From contig OY969889.1 in the NCBI GenBank assembly GCA_963704335.1, positions 1,481,745-1,545,744 on the forward strand: a stretch of DNA of 64,000 nt. The letters run 5' to 3'. Position numbers and translations under genes: made by a program. Shown here piece by piece: positions 23,416 through 31,868 of the stretch. The notes under the pieces were generated by a model. The model had not been told where the DNA came from. It saw nothing but the letters and a program-made list of their open reading frames with translations, and ran no database searches. Position 1 is the first letter of the stretch. Every line of letters starts with the position of its first letter. The stretch comes from an uncultured Actinomycetes bacterium. GTDB taxonomy: Bacteria; Actinomycetota; Thermoleophilia; Gaiellales; Gaiellaceae.

Positions 23416-25745
23416 GCCACGACTGCCTTGCTCCCCGGGGCCACCCCGCGCCTCCTCCCGGTTTCAGCGTATGGGGGAAATCTGCGCGGGTGGGTGACGA
23501 AAGTGCACCAACATTGGAACAAGCCGTTGCCGCTCCCAGAAGGCTCGAGCATGGTCGCGTCGGCGAGAGCACCGTCCGCTCCGACGCAGTGCCCAAGACC
23601 AAAGGCGAATTCGCCTTCTCTAGCGATCTCGAGGCGCCAGGCATGCTCTGGGGTCACACCGTCCGCAGCCCGCACGCCCACGCACGCGTTCTCGGGATCG
23701 ACGCCGCCGCAGCCCTCGCCCTCCCCGGCGTGCACGCCGTTCTGACGCACGCCGACGTGCCGGGCGCGAAGACGTACGGCCTCGAGATCCCCGATCAGCC
23801 CGTGTTCGCGATCGACCGCGTCCGCTATCACGGAGAGGCCGTGGCGGTAGTCGCCGCCGATACCCCCGAGCAGGCACGCCGCGCCGCCGCCTCCATCGAA
23901 GTCGCATACGAGGAGCTGCCACCGGTCTCCGATCCCGAGCGAGCGACGGAGCAGGAGCCGCTGCATCCGGATCGACCGGCCGCCGGCCACGGCTTCCGCG
24001 ACGACCCGCGCCCGAACGTCGTCCGCTCGATGGTCATCAGGCACGGCGACCCAGACGTCGAGGGCGACGTCACGGTCAGCGGCGTCTACGAGGTCGGCAC
24101 CCAGGACCAGGCATTCCTCGGCCCCGAATCCGGCCTCGCCGTCCCGGACGGAGAAGGAGGCGTCGACATCTACGTCGCTACCCAGTGGATCCACGTGGAC
24201 CGCGACCAGATTGCGCCCTGCCTCGCGCTCGCTCCCGAGCAGGTGCGCGTCCACCTCGCCGGCGTCGGCGGCGCGTTCGGCGGCCGCGAGGACCTATCGA
24301 TCCAGATCCACGCCGCGCTGCTGGCCCTCCACACGGGACGGCCGGTGAAGATGGTCTACAACCGAGAAGAGTCCTTCACGGGGCACGTCCACCGCCATCC
24401 CGCGAAGATCTGGGCGGAGCACCGCGCGACGCGCGACGGACGGCTCGTCGCCGTTCGCGCGCGCATCCTCCTCGACGGCGGCGCGTACGCATCGAGCTCG
24501 ACCGCAGTCCTTGCGAACGCCTGCTGCTTCGTCGCCGGCCCGTACAACGTCGAGAACGTCCTGGTCGAAGGCACGTGCGTCTACACGAACAACCCACCCT
24601 GCGGAGCCATGCGCGGCTTCGGCGCCGTTCAGGGCTGTTTCGCGCACGAAGCGCAGATGGACAAGCTCGCGGCTGCGCTCGACATCGATCCCGTCGAGCT
24701 GCGGCTGCTCAACGCCCTCAAGCCCGGCGACACGCTGCCCACGGGCCAGCTGATCACCGGCTCGCTGCCCGTCGCCGAGGTCATCCGCCGCTGCGCCGAC
24801 CTCGCGCCGCCCGAGCCCGAGGAGCTGCCGCGGGAGCCCGTACGCCTCCCCGGCGGCACCGGTAACACGACCCGCGGCGAAGGCGTCCGCCGGGGCACCG
24901 GCTTCGCCGTCGGCCTCAAGAACATCTGCTTCTCGGAGGGGTTCGACGATTACGCAGCCGCGCGCGTGCGGCTGTTCACGAACACCGGCGGCACGCTCTC
25001 GGCCGAAGTGCTGTGTGCGGCCGCCGAGGTCGGCCAGGGCGTAACCGACGTGATTGCACAGGTCGCTCGCCAGGAGCTGGGAATCGAGGATCTGATCGTC
25101 ACCACGCCGTCGACCAGCGGAGTCGGCTCGGCGGGCTCGTCGTCCGCTTCGCGGATGACATGGATGGCGGCAGGCGCCGTACGGCTCGCGTGCCAGGAGG
25201 CACTCGCCGAGCGCGAGCGGACAGGGGGCGATGTCGACGTCGAGCGCGTCTATCGCCACCTGCCCACGTACCCGCTCGACCCCGAGACCGGCCAGGTGCT
25301 CGGCGAGCGCGCGCACGTTGCCTTCGCCTGCGCGGCCATGAAGGTCGTGGCCGAAGTGGACGTCGACCTCGGGCTGACCCGGATCGTCTGGATCGGGACG
25401 GCGCAGGACGTGGGCAAGGCGCTGAATCCGCTCGCGGTGCACGGCCAGATCGAAGGCGGCACCGCCCAGGGCATCGGCCTCGCGCTGATGGAGGAGATCC
25501 AGACGACCAACGGCCTGATAACGAACGCGAGCTTCACCGACTACCTGATCCCGACCGCCCTCGACGTGCCCCCGATCGAGGCGGTGCTCGTCGAAGATCC
25601 CGAGCCGGATGGTCCCTACGGGCTGAAGGGCGTGGGCGAGCCGCCGACCGTGGTCTCCACGGCTGCAGTCGTCTCTGCCCTGCGCGACGCGACAGGGCGA
25701 GAGCTGACGCGGGTGCCGGTGCGGCCCGACGACATCGCGCTGTGA
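23412..25745 (+). CDS. xanthine dehydrogenase family, molybdopterin-binding large subunit
   Basis: ...RVGESTVRSDAVPKTKGEFAFSSDL...MLWGHTVRSPHAHARV...GGAFGGRE...GAMRGFG...GVGEPP. Start ambiguous: ATG 23412 (ATGA coupling), GTG 23490 or TTG 23514. The first about 30 codons are atypical and lower in GC. Confidence 0.88.
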   Translation: MSHDCLAPRGHPAPPPGFSVWGKSARVGDESAPTLEQAVAAPRRLEHGRVGESTVRSDAVPKTKGEFAFSSDLEAPGMLWGHTVRSPHAHARVLGIDAAAALALPGVHAVLTHADVPGAKTYGLEIPDQPVFAIDRVRYHGEAVAVVAADTPEQARRAAASIEVAYEELPPVSDPERATEQEPLHPDRPAAGHGFRDDPRPNVVRSMVIRHGDPDVEGDVTVSGVYEVGTQDQAFLGPESGLAVPDGEGGVDIYVATQWIHVDRDQIAPCLALAPEQVRVHLAGVGGAFGGREDLSIQIHAALLALHTGRPVKMVYNREESFTGHVHRHPAKIWAEHRATRDGRLVAVRARILLDGGAYASSSTAVLANACCFVAGPYNVENVLVEGTCVYTNNPPCGAMRGFGAVQGCFAHEAQMDKLAAALDIDPVELRLLNALKPGDTLPTGQLITGSLPVAEVIRRCADLAPPEPEELPREPVRLPGGTGNTTRGEGVRRGTGFAVGLKNICFSEGFDDYAAARVRLFTNTGGTLSAEVLCAAAEVGQGVTDVIAQVARQELGIEDLIVTTPSTSGVGSAGSSSASRMTWMAAGAVRLACQEALAERERTGGDVDVERVYRHLPTYPLDPETGQVLGERAHVAFACAAMKVVAEVDVDLGLTRIVWIGTAQDVGKALNPLAVHGQIEGGTAQGIGLALMEEIQTTNGLITNASFTDYLIPTALDVPPIEAVLVEDPEPDGPYGLKGVGEPPTVVSTAAVVSALRDATGRELTRVPVRPDDIAL

Positions 25746-25755
25746 CCTCCGCCGG

Positions 25756-26538
25756 CTACGGGAAGTCGATCAGTTGCGGGCCGTATCGGTGCTCGGGCAG
25801 CGATGCACCGGCGCGATCGAACAGCTCGAGCCAGAAGGCCCTCATCGCCCGAATTTGCTCCGGCGTATGCGCTTCGTCGCTTATGCCTGCTCCGGCAACG
25901 TAAGCCTCCACGCCACGAAGATCCGGAATTCGGCCTTCCGCGTCGAGGCGATCCAGTTCACGCCTTCTTCCGCCAGGCGTCAGAACGTCGACCGGGCGAA
26001 ATGACGACGACACCTCGAACATGTCGGAGAGCAGCACGAGGTGCTTCTGCTCGACGTCTCCCTTGTTCGCAAAGTAGCGCTCCGCGTTCTCCAGCGAATC
26101 GACGATGGCAGTTCCGGGAGCTTCCGGCGGGGTGGATGCGACGTTGTCGAATCCCCTCTGCACCTCTTCGATCGCCTCATCCAGCCTGTTCTTATGGTCG
26201 AGCGGGTTCGTGTTGAAGTTCTTGCCCGGCAGCTCGGCCTCCCTGATGTTCGACTCGGTGAGAGAGTTCGCGGATATCCGGTCGACGCCCATCCACATGT
26301 GCTCGCCGCTGAGGGAGCCGCCGTCGCCGAAAGCCGAGAGGACGGTTTCCAGCGCTTCGCCATATCTGTCCCGCGCTTCTTGTGACTGCGTGCTCTGCGA
26401 GGTGTCGGCGAGCACGAGCACCGCACCTTCGGGCTCGCCGGAGCCTCCGAGTAGGCCGCATCCACTGGCCATGACGGCGAGGCTCAAGAACCCGAACGCG
26501 GTTGCTACAGCCGCCGCGCGGCGCGGACCTCGGCTCAC
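25756..26538 (-). CDS. predicted lipoprotein with vWA-like fold and MIDAS motif; function unknown
   Basis: GTG start in a GTGA overlap with the upstream gene. Signal peptide plus lipobox-like ...LAVMASGC. VLVLADTSQS (DxSxS), GTAIVDSL, HLVLLSDM follow the vWA strand/MIDAS pattern. Visibly lower GC than the neighbours. Confidence 0.6.
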   Translation of the reverse strand: MSRGPRRAAAVATAFGFLSLAVMASGCGLLGGSGEPEGAVLVLADTSQSTQSQEARDRYGEALETVLSAFGDGGSLSGEHMWMGVDRISANSLTESNIREAELPGKNFNTNPLDHKNRLDEAIEEVQRGFDNVASTPPEAPGTAIVDSLENAERYFANKGDVEQKHLVLLSDMFEVSSSFRPVDVLTPGGRRRELDRLDAEGRIPDLRGVEAYVAGAGISDEAHTPEQIRAMRAFWLELFDRAGASLPEHRYGPQLIDFP

Positions 26539-27875
26539 GCGGTGATGCGCTTCTTGAGCTCGTCTTCGACAGAGCCGCCGTCGCCCGGGGCGACCTCGTT
26601 TCCGACGGAGGCGCTCGCGAGGTCTCGTTCCGTGCTCAACTCGTCGGGGATCTGCACTTCCACAGGGATCAACTCGAACGGCGCCCGCGCCTGCGGCTCA
26701 GGCCCGGCTGCATCGTCGCCGTGCTGCCTTCGCCGGCGATCCCAGTTCGAGCGTCGCTTCTGTGCCCTGCGCTCGCAGACCGTGCGGTTCGCCGACCAGT
26801 ACGCGTGGATGAGCGCCTCGTAGGTGTCCTTGTGCCGGTATGCCTCGAACCTCGCTTCGGCCAACGACCCGTCTCTTGCCGCTTCCCACCGCAGCTTGAG
26901 GTTGTCGAAGTGCTCGGTGAGCCAGTCGGCACGATCGACCGAGCGCTGTGCGCGCTTCCTGCGTCTTTCGGCACGTCGAACGTCCTTCGCCACCCGGTCC
27001 ACGCCGTGGGTCTCCGGGTCGTGATGGAGGTATGAGATCGCGAACGCGGCGACGAAGATCAGCGCGTTCATGACCACGAACACGGCGAACCCGCCGATGG
27101 AACCGAGCCTGGCTGCGGTCTCGTCGCCGAACTCCGTGACGTAGACCTGCCGGACGAGCCCGATACCGAGGATGACGAGGAACGGGGTCACGAGCAGCCC
27201 CTTGGCAATCAGCTCGTCGCGGGGCGTCGGGCGCTGCTTGCGCCAGAGGACACCGAGCGCATGGGCGCACACGATCAGTGATAGGGCAAGGGCTGCCGTC
27301 ATCACCCAGGTGAACACCCGGTCTTCGCCGAAGAGGTTGAAGGCGACGGCGTTCAGGGGGAACTCTCCTATGAAGATGAGGATCAGAGCGCCGACGTAGA
27401 CCGGTGTCGAGATACGCCAGCGATCGTCGGCATGGCGGAGCTCGTCGTCTCGCACCTTCCGGTCCAGCTCCTGCTGCCGCTCGCGGTAACGCTTGTCCTC
27501 CTCGCTGAGCTCCGCTTCCAGCGCCTGCTGCTTGCGCGCGTACTTCCGCCGCTCCACCTCGTGACCCTGCGTCTCGCCTTTGAGGCGCAGGTCGTATGCC
27601 ACCCATTTGGCACCGATGCGCCGTCCCACGCCGTCTCCCTGCCGCTTGAGCTTCCAGACCTCGGGCGGCGCTTCCGTCTCGTCAGCCCTCGGTATCCCCA
27701 GCCGTCCGTCACGCCAGCCGCGGTACCGCGCCTCGATCCCGAGCAGCCACCGGTGCACGATGAACATCCGGCGAATCCGCAGGAAACGGGGGCGGTCGAG
27801 TGCGATGATGCCGAGCGTGATGACGCGGAGCGCCACGATGAGGTACACGACGAACTTGGCGAAGAGCAAACTCAT
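26535..27875 (-). CDS. membrane protein with 1+4 predicted TM helices and two Arg/Glu-rich coiled-coil-like regions; function unknown
   Basis: ATG 27875 (MSLLFAKFVVYLIVALRVITLGIIAL...) is preceded by GGAG 8 nt upstream. Charged segments include KYARKQQALEAELSEEDKRYRERQQELDRKVRDDELR. No family recognised. Confidence 0.6.
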   Translation of the reverse strand: MSLLFAKFVVYLIVALRVITLGIIALDRPRFLRIRRMFIVHRWLLGIEARYRGWRDGRLGIPRADETEAPPEVWKLKRQGDGVGRRIGAKWVAYDLRLKGETQGHEVERRKYARKQQALEAELSEEDKRYRERQQELDRKVRDDELRHADDRWRISTPVYVGALILIFIGEFPLNAVAFNLFGEDRVFTWVMTAALALSLIVCAHALGVLWRKQRPTPRDELIAKGLLVTPFLVILGIGLVRQVYVTEFGDETAARLGSIGGFAVFVVMNALIFVAAFAISYLHHDPETHGVDRVAKDVRRAERRRKRAQRSVDRADWLTEHFDNLKLRWEAARDGSLAEARFEAYRHKDTYEALIHAYWSANRTVCERRAQKRRSNWDRRRRQHGDDAAGPEPQARAPFELIPVEVQIPDELSTERDLASASVGNEVAPGDGGSVEDELKKRITA

Positions 27876-27996
27876 GCGATCCGCTCCTGCGGCTTGAGTG
27901 AGGGCTTCCAATTGACCCGGAGCCCATCGGGACTAGGCCGAACATGGTCGCACTTTGCGGGAATCTGTCAACTATGTAACGACGTGCGACGCGCTC

Positions 27997-29691
27997 ATGA
28001 GTGATCTCGCCCGCCGCATAGCGGTCGCACGCGGGGACGAGCCTGCCGACCTCGTCGTCAAGGGCGGCCGCGTGCTCTCGGTCTTCACGCGCGAGTGGCT
28101 CGAGGCCAACGTCGCCGTCAGCGACGGCTACGTGGCGGGACTGGGCGACTACGAAGGGGTGGAGACGCTCGACGTCGGCGGCGCCTACGTCGTCCCCGGC
28201 TTCATCGACTCGCACATGCACCTCGAGTCGACGAAGCTGCTCGTGGACGAGTTCGCGCGCCTGGTGCTGCCCATGGGGACGACGGCTGTCGTCGCCGATC
28301 CGCACGAGATCGCGAACGTCCTCGGCTCAGACGGCATCCACTGGCTGCTCGACGTGTGCTCAGGCCTGCCGCTCGACGTCTACTTCACCGCCTCCTCGTG
28401 CGTCCCGGCTTCGTCCTTCGAGTCCCCTCGACGCCCGCTGACGGCGGGAGATCTCCAGGGCCTCTTGCGCCGTCGGCGCGTGATCGGCCTGGCGGAGATG
28501 ATGAACTTCCCCGGTGTCATCGCCGGCGATCCTGCCGAGCTGGAGAAGCTCGCGCTCGACGGCGCGCACCACGTGGACGGTCATGCCCCCGGCGTGCTGG
28601 GGAAGGCTCTCAATGCGTATGCGGCCTCCGGCATCCGCTCTGATCACGAGGCGCTCACGGTGGAGGAGGGCCGGCAGCGCCTCCGCGCCGGCATGTGGCT
28701 GCTGATCCGCGAGGCGTCGATGGCCCGGAACCTCGAGGACCTGCTGCCGCTCGTGCAGGAGCTCGGCCCGTCGCGGATGGCGTTCTGCACCGACGATCGC
28801 GATCCGGAGGACATCGCCGACTCGGGACACCTCAACCAGATGGTGCGGAAGGCTGTCGCGGCCGGTGTCGCACCCGAGGACGCACTCGTGCTGGCCTCGC
28901 TGAACCCGGCCATCTGGCACGGGCTCGACCACCTCGGCGCGATCGCTCCGGGCTACCAGGCCGACCTCGTGGTGCTCGACGACCTCGAGTCGTTCGAGCC
29001 GCGGATGGTCCTCAAGGCGGGACGTCCCGTCGACGAGATCCCGGAGGCGCACGTTCCCGAGTGGGTGAAGCACACGGTTCGTGTGCAGCCGGTCTCGGCC
29101 GGCGACTTCAGCATCCCGTGGAGCGGAGGCCGGGCGCGGGTGATCGGTCTCGTCGAAGACCAGGTCGTCACGGAGGAGATCGTCGAGGAGCTGACGGTCG
29201 TCGACGACCACGCGGTGTCGGATCCCGGTCGCGACCTCGCGAAGATCGCCGTCATCGAGCGCCACCACGGCACGGGGCGCATGGGGCTCGGCTTCGTGCG
29301 CGGCTTCGGTCTGCAGTCCGGCGCACTGGCTTCGACCGTGGCCCACGACGCCCACAACATCGTCGTGGTCGGCGTCGACGACAACGACATGGCCAGGGCC
29401 GTCCAGCGTCTCGTGGAGCTGGGCGGCGGCATCGTCGCCGTCGAGTCGCGTGGCGTGAAGGCCGAGCTGCCGCTGCCCGTCGCGGGCCTGCTTTCCGATG
29501 CCCCACTCGCCGAGGTCGTCGATCAGAGCCGCGCCTGCAACGATGCGGCCGCGGCGCTCGGCTGCAAGGTCGCCACGCCGTTCCTGACGCTGTCCTTCCT
29601 TGCCCTGTCCGTGATTCCGAAGCTCAAGATCACCGATCACGGCCTCGTCGACGTCGACCGGTTCGAGATCGTCCCGCTCGCCGCCGACTGA
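27997..29691 (+). CDS. ade: adenine deaminase
   Basis: MSDLARRIAVARGDEPADLVVKGGRVLSVFT...VVPGFIDSHMHLEST...ADPHEIANV...HEA... is the canonical adenine deaminase (amidohydrolase) pattern. 564 aa. Confidence 0.9.
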   Translation: MSDLARRIAVARGDEPADLVVKGGRVLSVFTREWLEANVAVSDGYVAGLGDYEGVETLDVGGAYVVPGFIDSHMHLESTKLLVDEFARLVLPMGTTAVVADPHEIANVLGSDGIHWLLDVCSGLPLDVYFTASSCVPASSFESPRRPLTAGDLQGLLRRRRVIGLAEMMNFPGVIAGDPAELEKLALDGAHHVDGHAPGVLGKALNAYAASGIRSDHEALTVEEGRQRLRAGMWLLIREASMARNLEDLLPLVQELGPSRMAFCTDDRDPEDIADSGHLNQMVRKAVAAGVAPEDALVLASLNPAIWHGLDHLGAIAPGYQADLVVLDDLESFEPRMVLKAGRPVDEIPEAHVPEWVKHTVRVQPVSAGDFSIPWSGGRARVIGLVEDQVVTEEIVEELTVVDDHAVSDPGRDLAKIAVIERHHGTGRMGLGFVRGFGLQSGALASTVAHDAHNIVVVGVDDNDMARAVQRLVELGGGIVAVESRGVKAELPLPVAGLLSDAPLAEVVDQSRACNDAAAALGCKVATPFLTLSFLALSVIPKLKITDHGLVDVDRFEIVPLAAD

Positions 29692-29709
29692 GCGTTTAGG
29701 GTCCGGCGC

Positions 29710-30525
29710 GTGACGGAACCCTCGTCGCCGAAGCCACAGGCGCCAGACGATCTCGGTTTCGAGCGGATCGTCTACGAGAAGGCGCCGCCGCGGGCGACGA
29801 TCACCCTCAACCGGCCGGAGCGGCTCAACGCCTTCGACTTTCAGATGCTGCGCGAGCTCGCGCGCGCCTGCGAGGACGCTTCCTGGGACGACGAGATCCG
29901 CGTCGTCGTGCTCACCGGCGCCGGGCGCGCGTTCTGCGTCGGCGCGGATCTCAAGGAGTGGTCTGCGGAGTACCTCGGGAATCCGCAGGGCTACTGGAAG
30001 TGGTTCGGAGCCTTCCAGGACGCCCACGACCGGCTGCGCGGGATCGGCAAGCCGACCCTCGCCCGCATCAACGGCGTCTGCGTCGGCGGTGGCAACGAGT
30101 TCCAGATGGCCTGCGACCTCGCGGTGATGGTCGACGACGCCTACATCCGCCACGTCGGCCTCGAGCACGGTTCGGTGCCCGCCGGCGGAGCCACGCAGTG
30201 GCTGCCGGTGATGGTGGGGGAGCGGCGCGCCCGCGAGATCGTCCTCCTCTGCGAGGAGATCAGTCCGCAGCAGGCGTACGAGTGGGGTCTCGTCAACCGT
30301 GTCGTCGCGGCTGCGGACCTAGACGCGACGGTCGACGAGCTCGTCGAGAAGCTGGCGGCCAAGCTCCCGCAGACCACGCGCTACGCGAAGCACCAGCTGA
30401 ACTTCTGGCGCGACCTCTCGTGGAACCAGACCGTCGGCCATGCGCGCGACTGGCTGGCGCTCAGCATGCTGGGAGAGGAGGCGCAGGGCGCCGTCAAGCG
30501 GTTCGTGGAGAAGGACAATGGCTGA
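29710..30525 (+). CDS. enoyl-CoA hydratase/isomerase (crotonase) family protein
   Basis: ...ITLNRPERLNAFD...VVLTGAGRAFCVGADL...INGVCVGGGNEF is the crotonase fold signature. Confidence 0.85.
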   Translation: MTEPSSPKPQAPDDLGFERIVYEKAPPRATITLNRPERLNAFDFQMLRELARACEDASWDDEIRVVVLTGAGRAFCVGADLKEWSAEYLGNPQGYWKWFGAFQDAHDRLRGIGKPTLARINGVCVGGGNEFQMACDLAVMVDDAYIRHVGLEHGSVPAGGATQWLPVMVGERRAREIVLLCEEISPQQAYEWGLVNRVVAAADLDATVDELVEKLAAKLPQTTRYAKHQLNFWRDLSWNQTVGHARDWLALSMLGEEAQGAVKRFVEKDNG

Positions 30526-31288
30526 ATTCACGCGCGTCGAGCGCGAGCCGCCGATCGCGGCCGTCTTCCTCGACCGGCCGAAGCAGCTGAACGCGCTCTC
30601 CTCCGAGCTGATGGCCGAGCTCGTCGCCTCGCTCGAGGAGCTCGATGCCGACCCGGAGATCCGCTGCATCGTCGTCGGCGGCTCCGAGCGGGTCTTCGCC
30701 GCCGGCGCCGACATCGGCGAGATGGCCACCGCCACGGCAGTGGAGATGTACGTCAACCGGCGAGTCGACGCGTGGGACGCGATTCGCGCTCTGCGGACGC
30801 CGCTGGTCGCTGCCGTCTCCGGCTTCTGCCTCGGTGGAGGCTGCGAGCTGGCGATGGCCTGCGACGTCGTCGTCGCCTCGGAGACCGCCGTCTTCGGTCA
30901 GCCGGAGACGGGGCTCGGCCTCATCCCCGGCGCCGGCGGCACGCAGCGCCTCACCCGCGCCGTCGGAAAGGCGCTGGCGATGGACGTGATCCTCTCCGGC
31001 CGCCGTCTCTCCGCCCGCGAGGCGCTCGACACCGGCCTCGTGGCGCGCGTCGTCGCCCGCGAGGCCTGGCTGGACGAGGCAAAGCGCGTCGCCCGCGACA
31101 TCGCGGCCAAGGGCCCCGTCGCCAGTCAGCTGGCGAAGGAAGCGGTCGTGCGGGCGGACGAGGGCCCGCTGTCACTCGGCATCGACTACGAGCGGCGGTT
31201 GCTCTACCTCGCCTTCTCGTCAGAGGACGCGCGCGAGGGCATGACGGCGTTCGTGGAGAAGCGGTCGCCGCAGTTCGAAGGTCGGTAG
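30518..31288 (+). CDS. enoyl-CoA hydratase
   Basis: ATG 30518 (8-nt overlap, ATGGCTGA). MAEFTRVEREPPIAAVFLDRPKQLNAL...FAAGADI...VSGFCLGGGCELAMACD...FGQPE. Confidence 0.88.
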   Translation: MAEFTRVEREPPIAAVFLDRPKQLNALSSELMAELVASLEELDADPEIRCIVVGGSERVFAAGADIGEMATATAVEMYVNRRVDAWDAIRALRTPLVAAVSGFCLGGGCELAMACDVVVASETAVFGQPETGLGLIPGAGGTQRLTRAVGKALAMDVILSGRRLSAREALDTGLVARVVAREAWLDEAKRVARDIAAKGPVASQLAKEAVVRADEGPLSLGIDYERRLLYLAFSSEDAREGMTAFVEKRSPQFEGR

Positions 31289-31300
31289 GCTCCGCCCCCC

Positions 31301-31726
31301 ATGCGCCGGATCCTCGTCGCGACCGACAGATCCGAGACGGCCGAGCATGCCGTCCGCTTCGCCGCGGACATGGCGGTGCGCTTCGACGCGGAGCTCCTGC
31401 TCTGCCAGGTCGTGATTCCCCCGGCCCAGGCGCCGCCGAACGCGAAGGAGGAGCTCATCGAGTACGGCCGCCGCTTCGCCGGCGACCTCGCGCGCGCCGT
31501 CATTTCCACGGGCGAGGACCCTGCCCAGGTGATCGTGGATACCGCGGAGGCGGAAGACGCCGACGTGGTCGTCGTGGGCAACGTGGGGATGAGCGGGCGC
31601 AAGGAATTCCTGCTCGGAAACGTGCCCAACCGCGTGTCGCACAACTCCGACCGCACCGTCATCATCGTGAATACCCGCCAGCGCATCGAGCAGCAGCAGA
31701 AGAAGAAAGGCTTCTTCCGCAGGTGA
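31301..31726 (+). CDS. universal stress protein (UspA family)
   Basis: MRRILVATDRSETAEHAVRFA...DADVVVVGNVGMSGRKEFLLGNVPNRVSHNSDRTVIIV. Confidence 0.88.
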   Translation: MRRILVATDRSETAEHAVRFAADMAVRFDAELLLCQVVIPPAQAPPNAKEELIEYGRRFAGDLARAVISTGEDPAQVIVDTAEAEDADVVVVGNVGMSGRKEFLLGNVPNRVSHNSDRTVIIVNTRQRIEQQQKKKGFFRR

Positions 31727-31751
31727 GCGTCGCTCGCGTCCGGCTCGCTCC

Positions 31752-31829
31752 CGTGGGGGAAACCATTTTTCCCCCACGCCAAGCCCCCTTCTTCCTGTTG
31801 GTAGTGGGGGAACCTCCCGGTTCCCCCAC
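31752..31829. repeat. two adjacent GGGGGAAC...GTTCCCCC hairpins (copies 2 and 3)
   Basis: CGTGGGGGAAA-CCATT-TTTCCCCCACG (31752-31778) and GTGGGGGAACC-TCCC-GGTTCCCCCAC (31804-31829). Each has an 11-bp stem and shares its core with 2346-2372. Confidence 0.7.
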
Positions 31830-31845
31830 ACCCCCTCCACACGCT

Positions 31846-31868
31846 CATAGACCGAAGGACGGTCTATG
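31846..31868 (+). promoter_or_regulatory. perfect hairpin that places the SD-like AAGGA in the loop and the ubiB-like ATG in the stem
   Basis: CATAGACCG-AAGGA-CGGTCTATG: 9-bp stem. The last three nucleotides are the ATG at 31866-31868. Confidence 0.5.

Noticed and set aside
23412-23540. Odd, lower-GC first 26-34 codons of the xdh large subunit (MSHDCLAPRGHPAPPPGFSVWGKSARVGDESAPTLEQ...).
   Set aside because: Most simply a start-site ambiguity (ATG 23412, GTG 23490 or TTG 23514), not a separate feature. No convincing structure or small ORF was found.
31752-31829. CRISPR-like appearance of the tandem GGGGGAAC hairpins.
   Set aside because: Only two adjacent copies with a 25-nt gap. The units are palindromic hairpins that are not identical, there are no cas genes, and a third copy is isolated 29 kb away.
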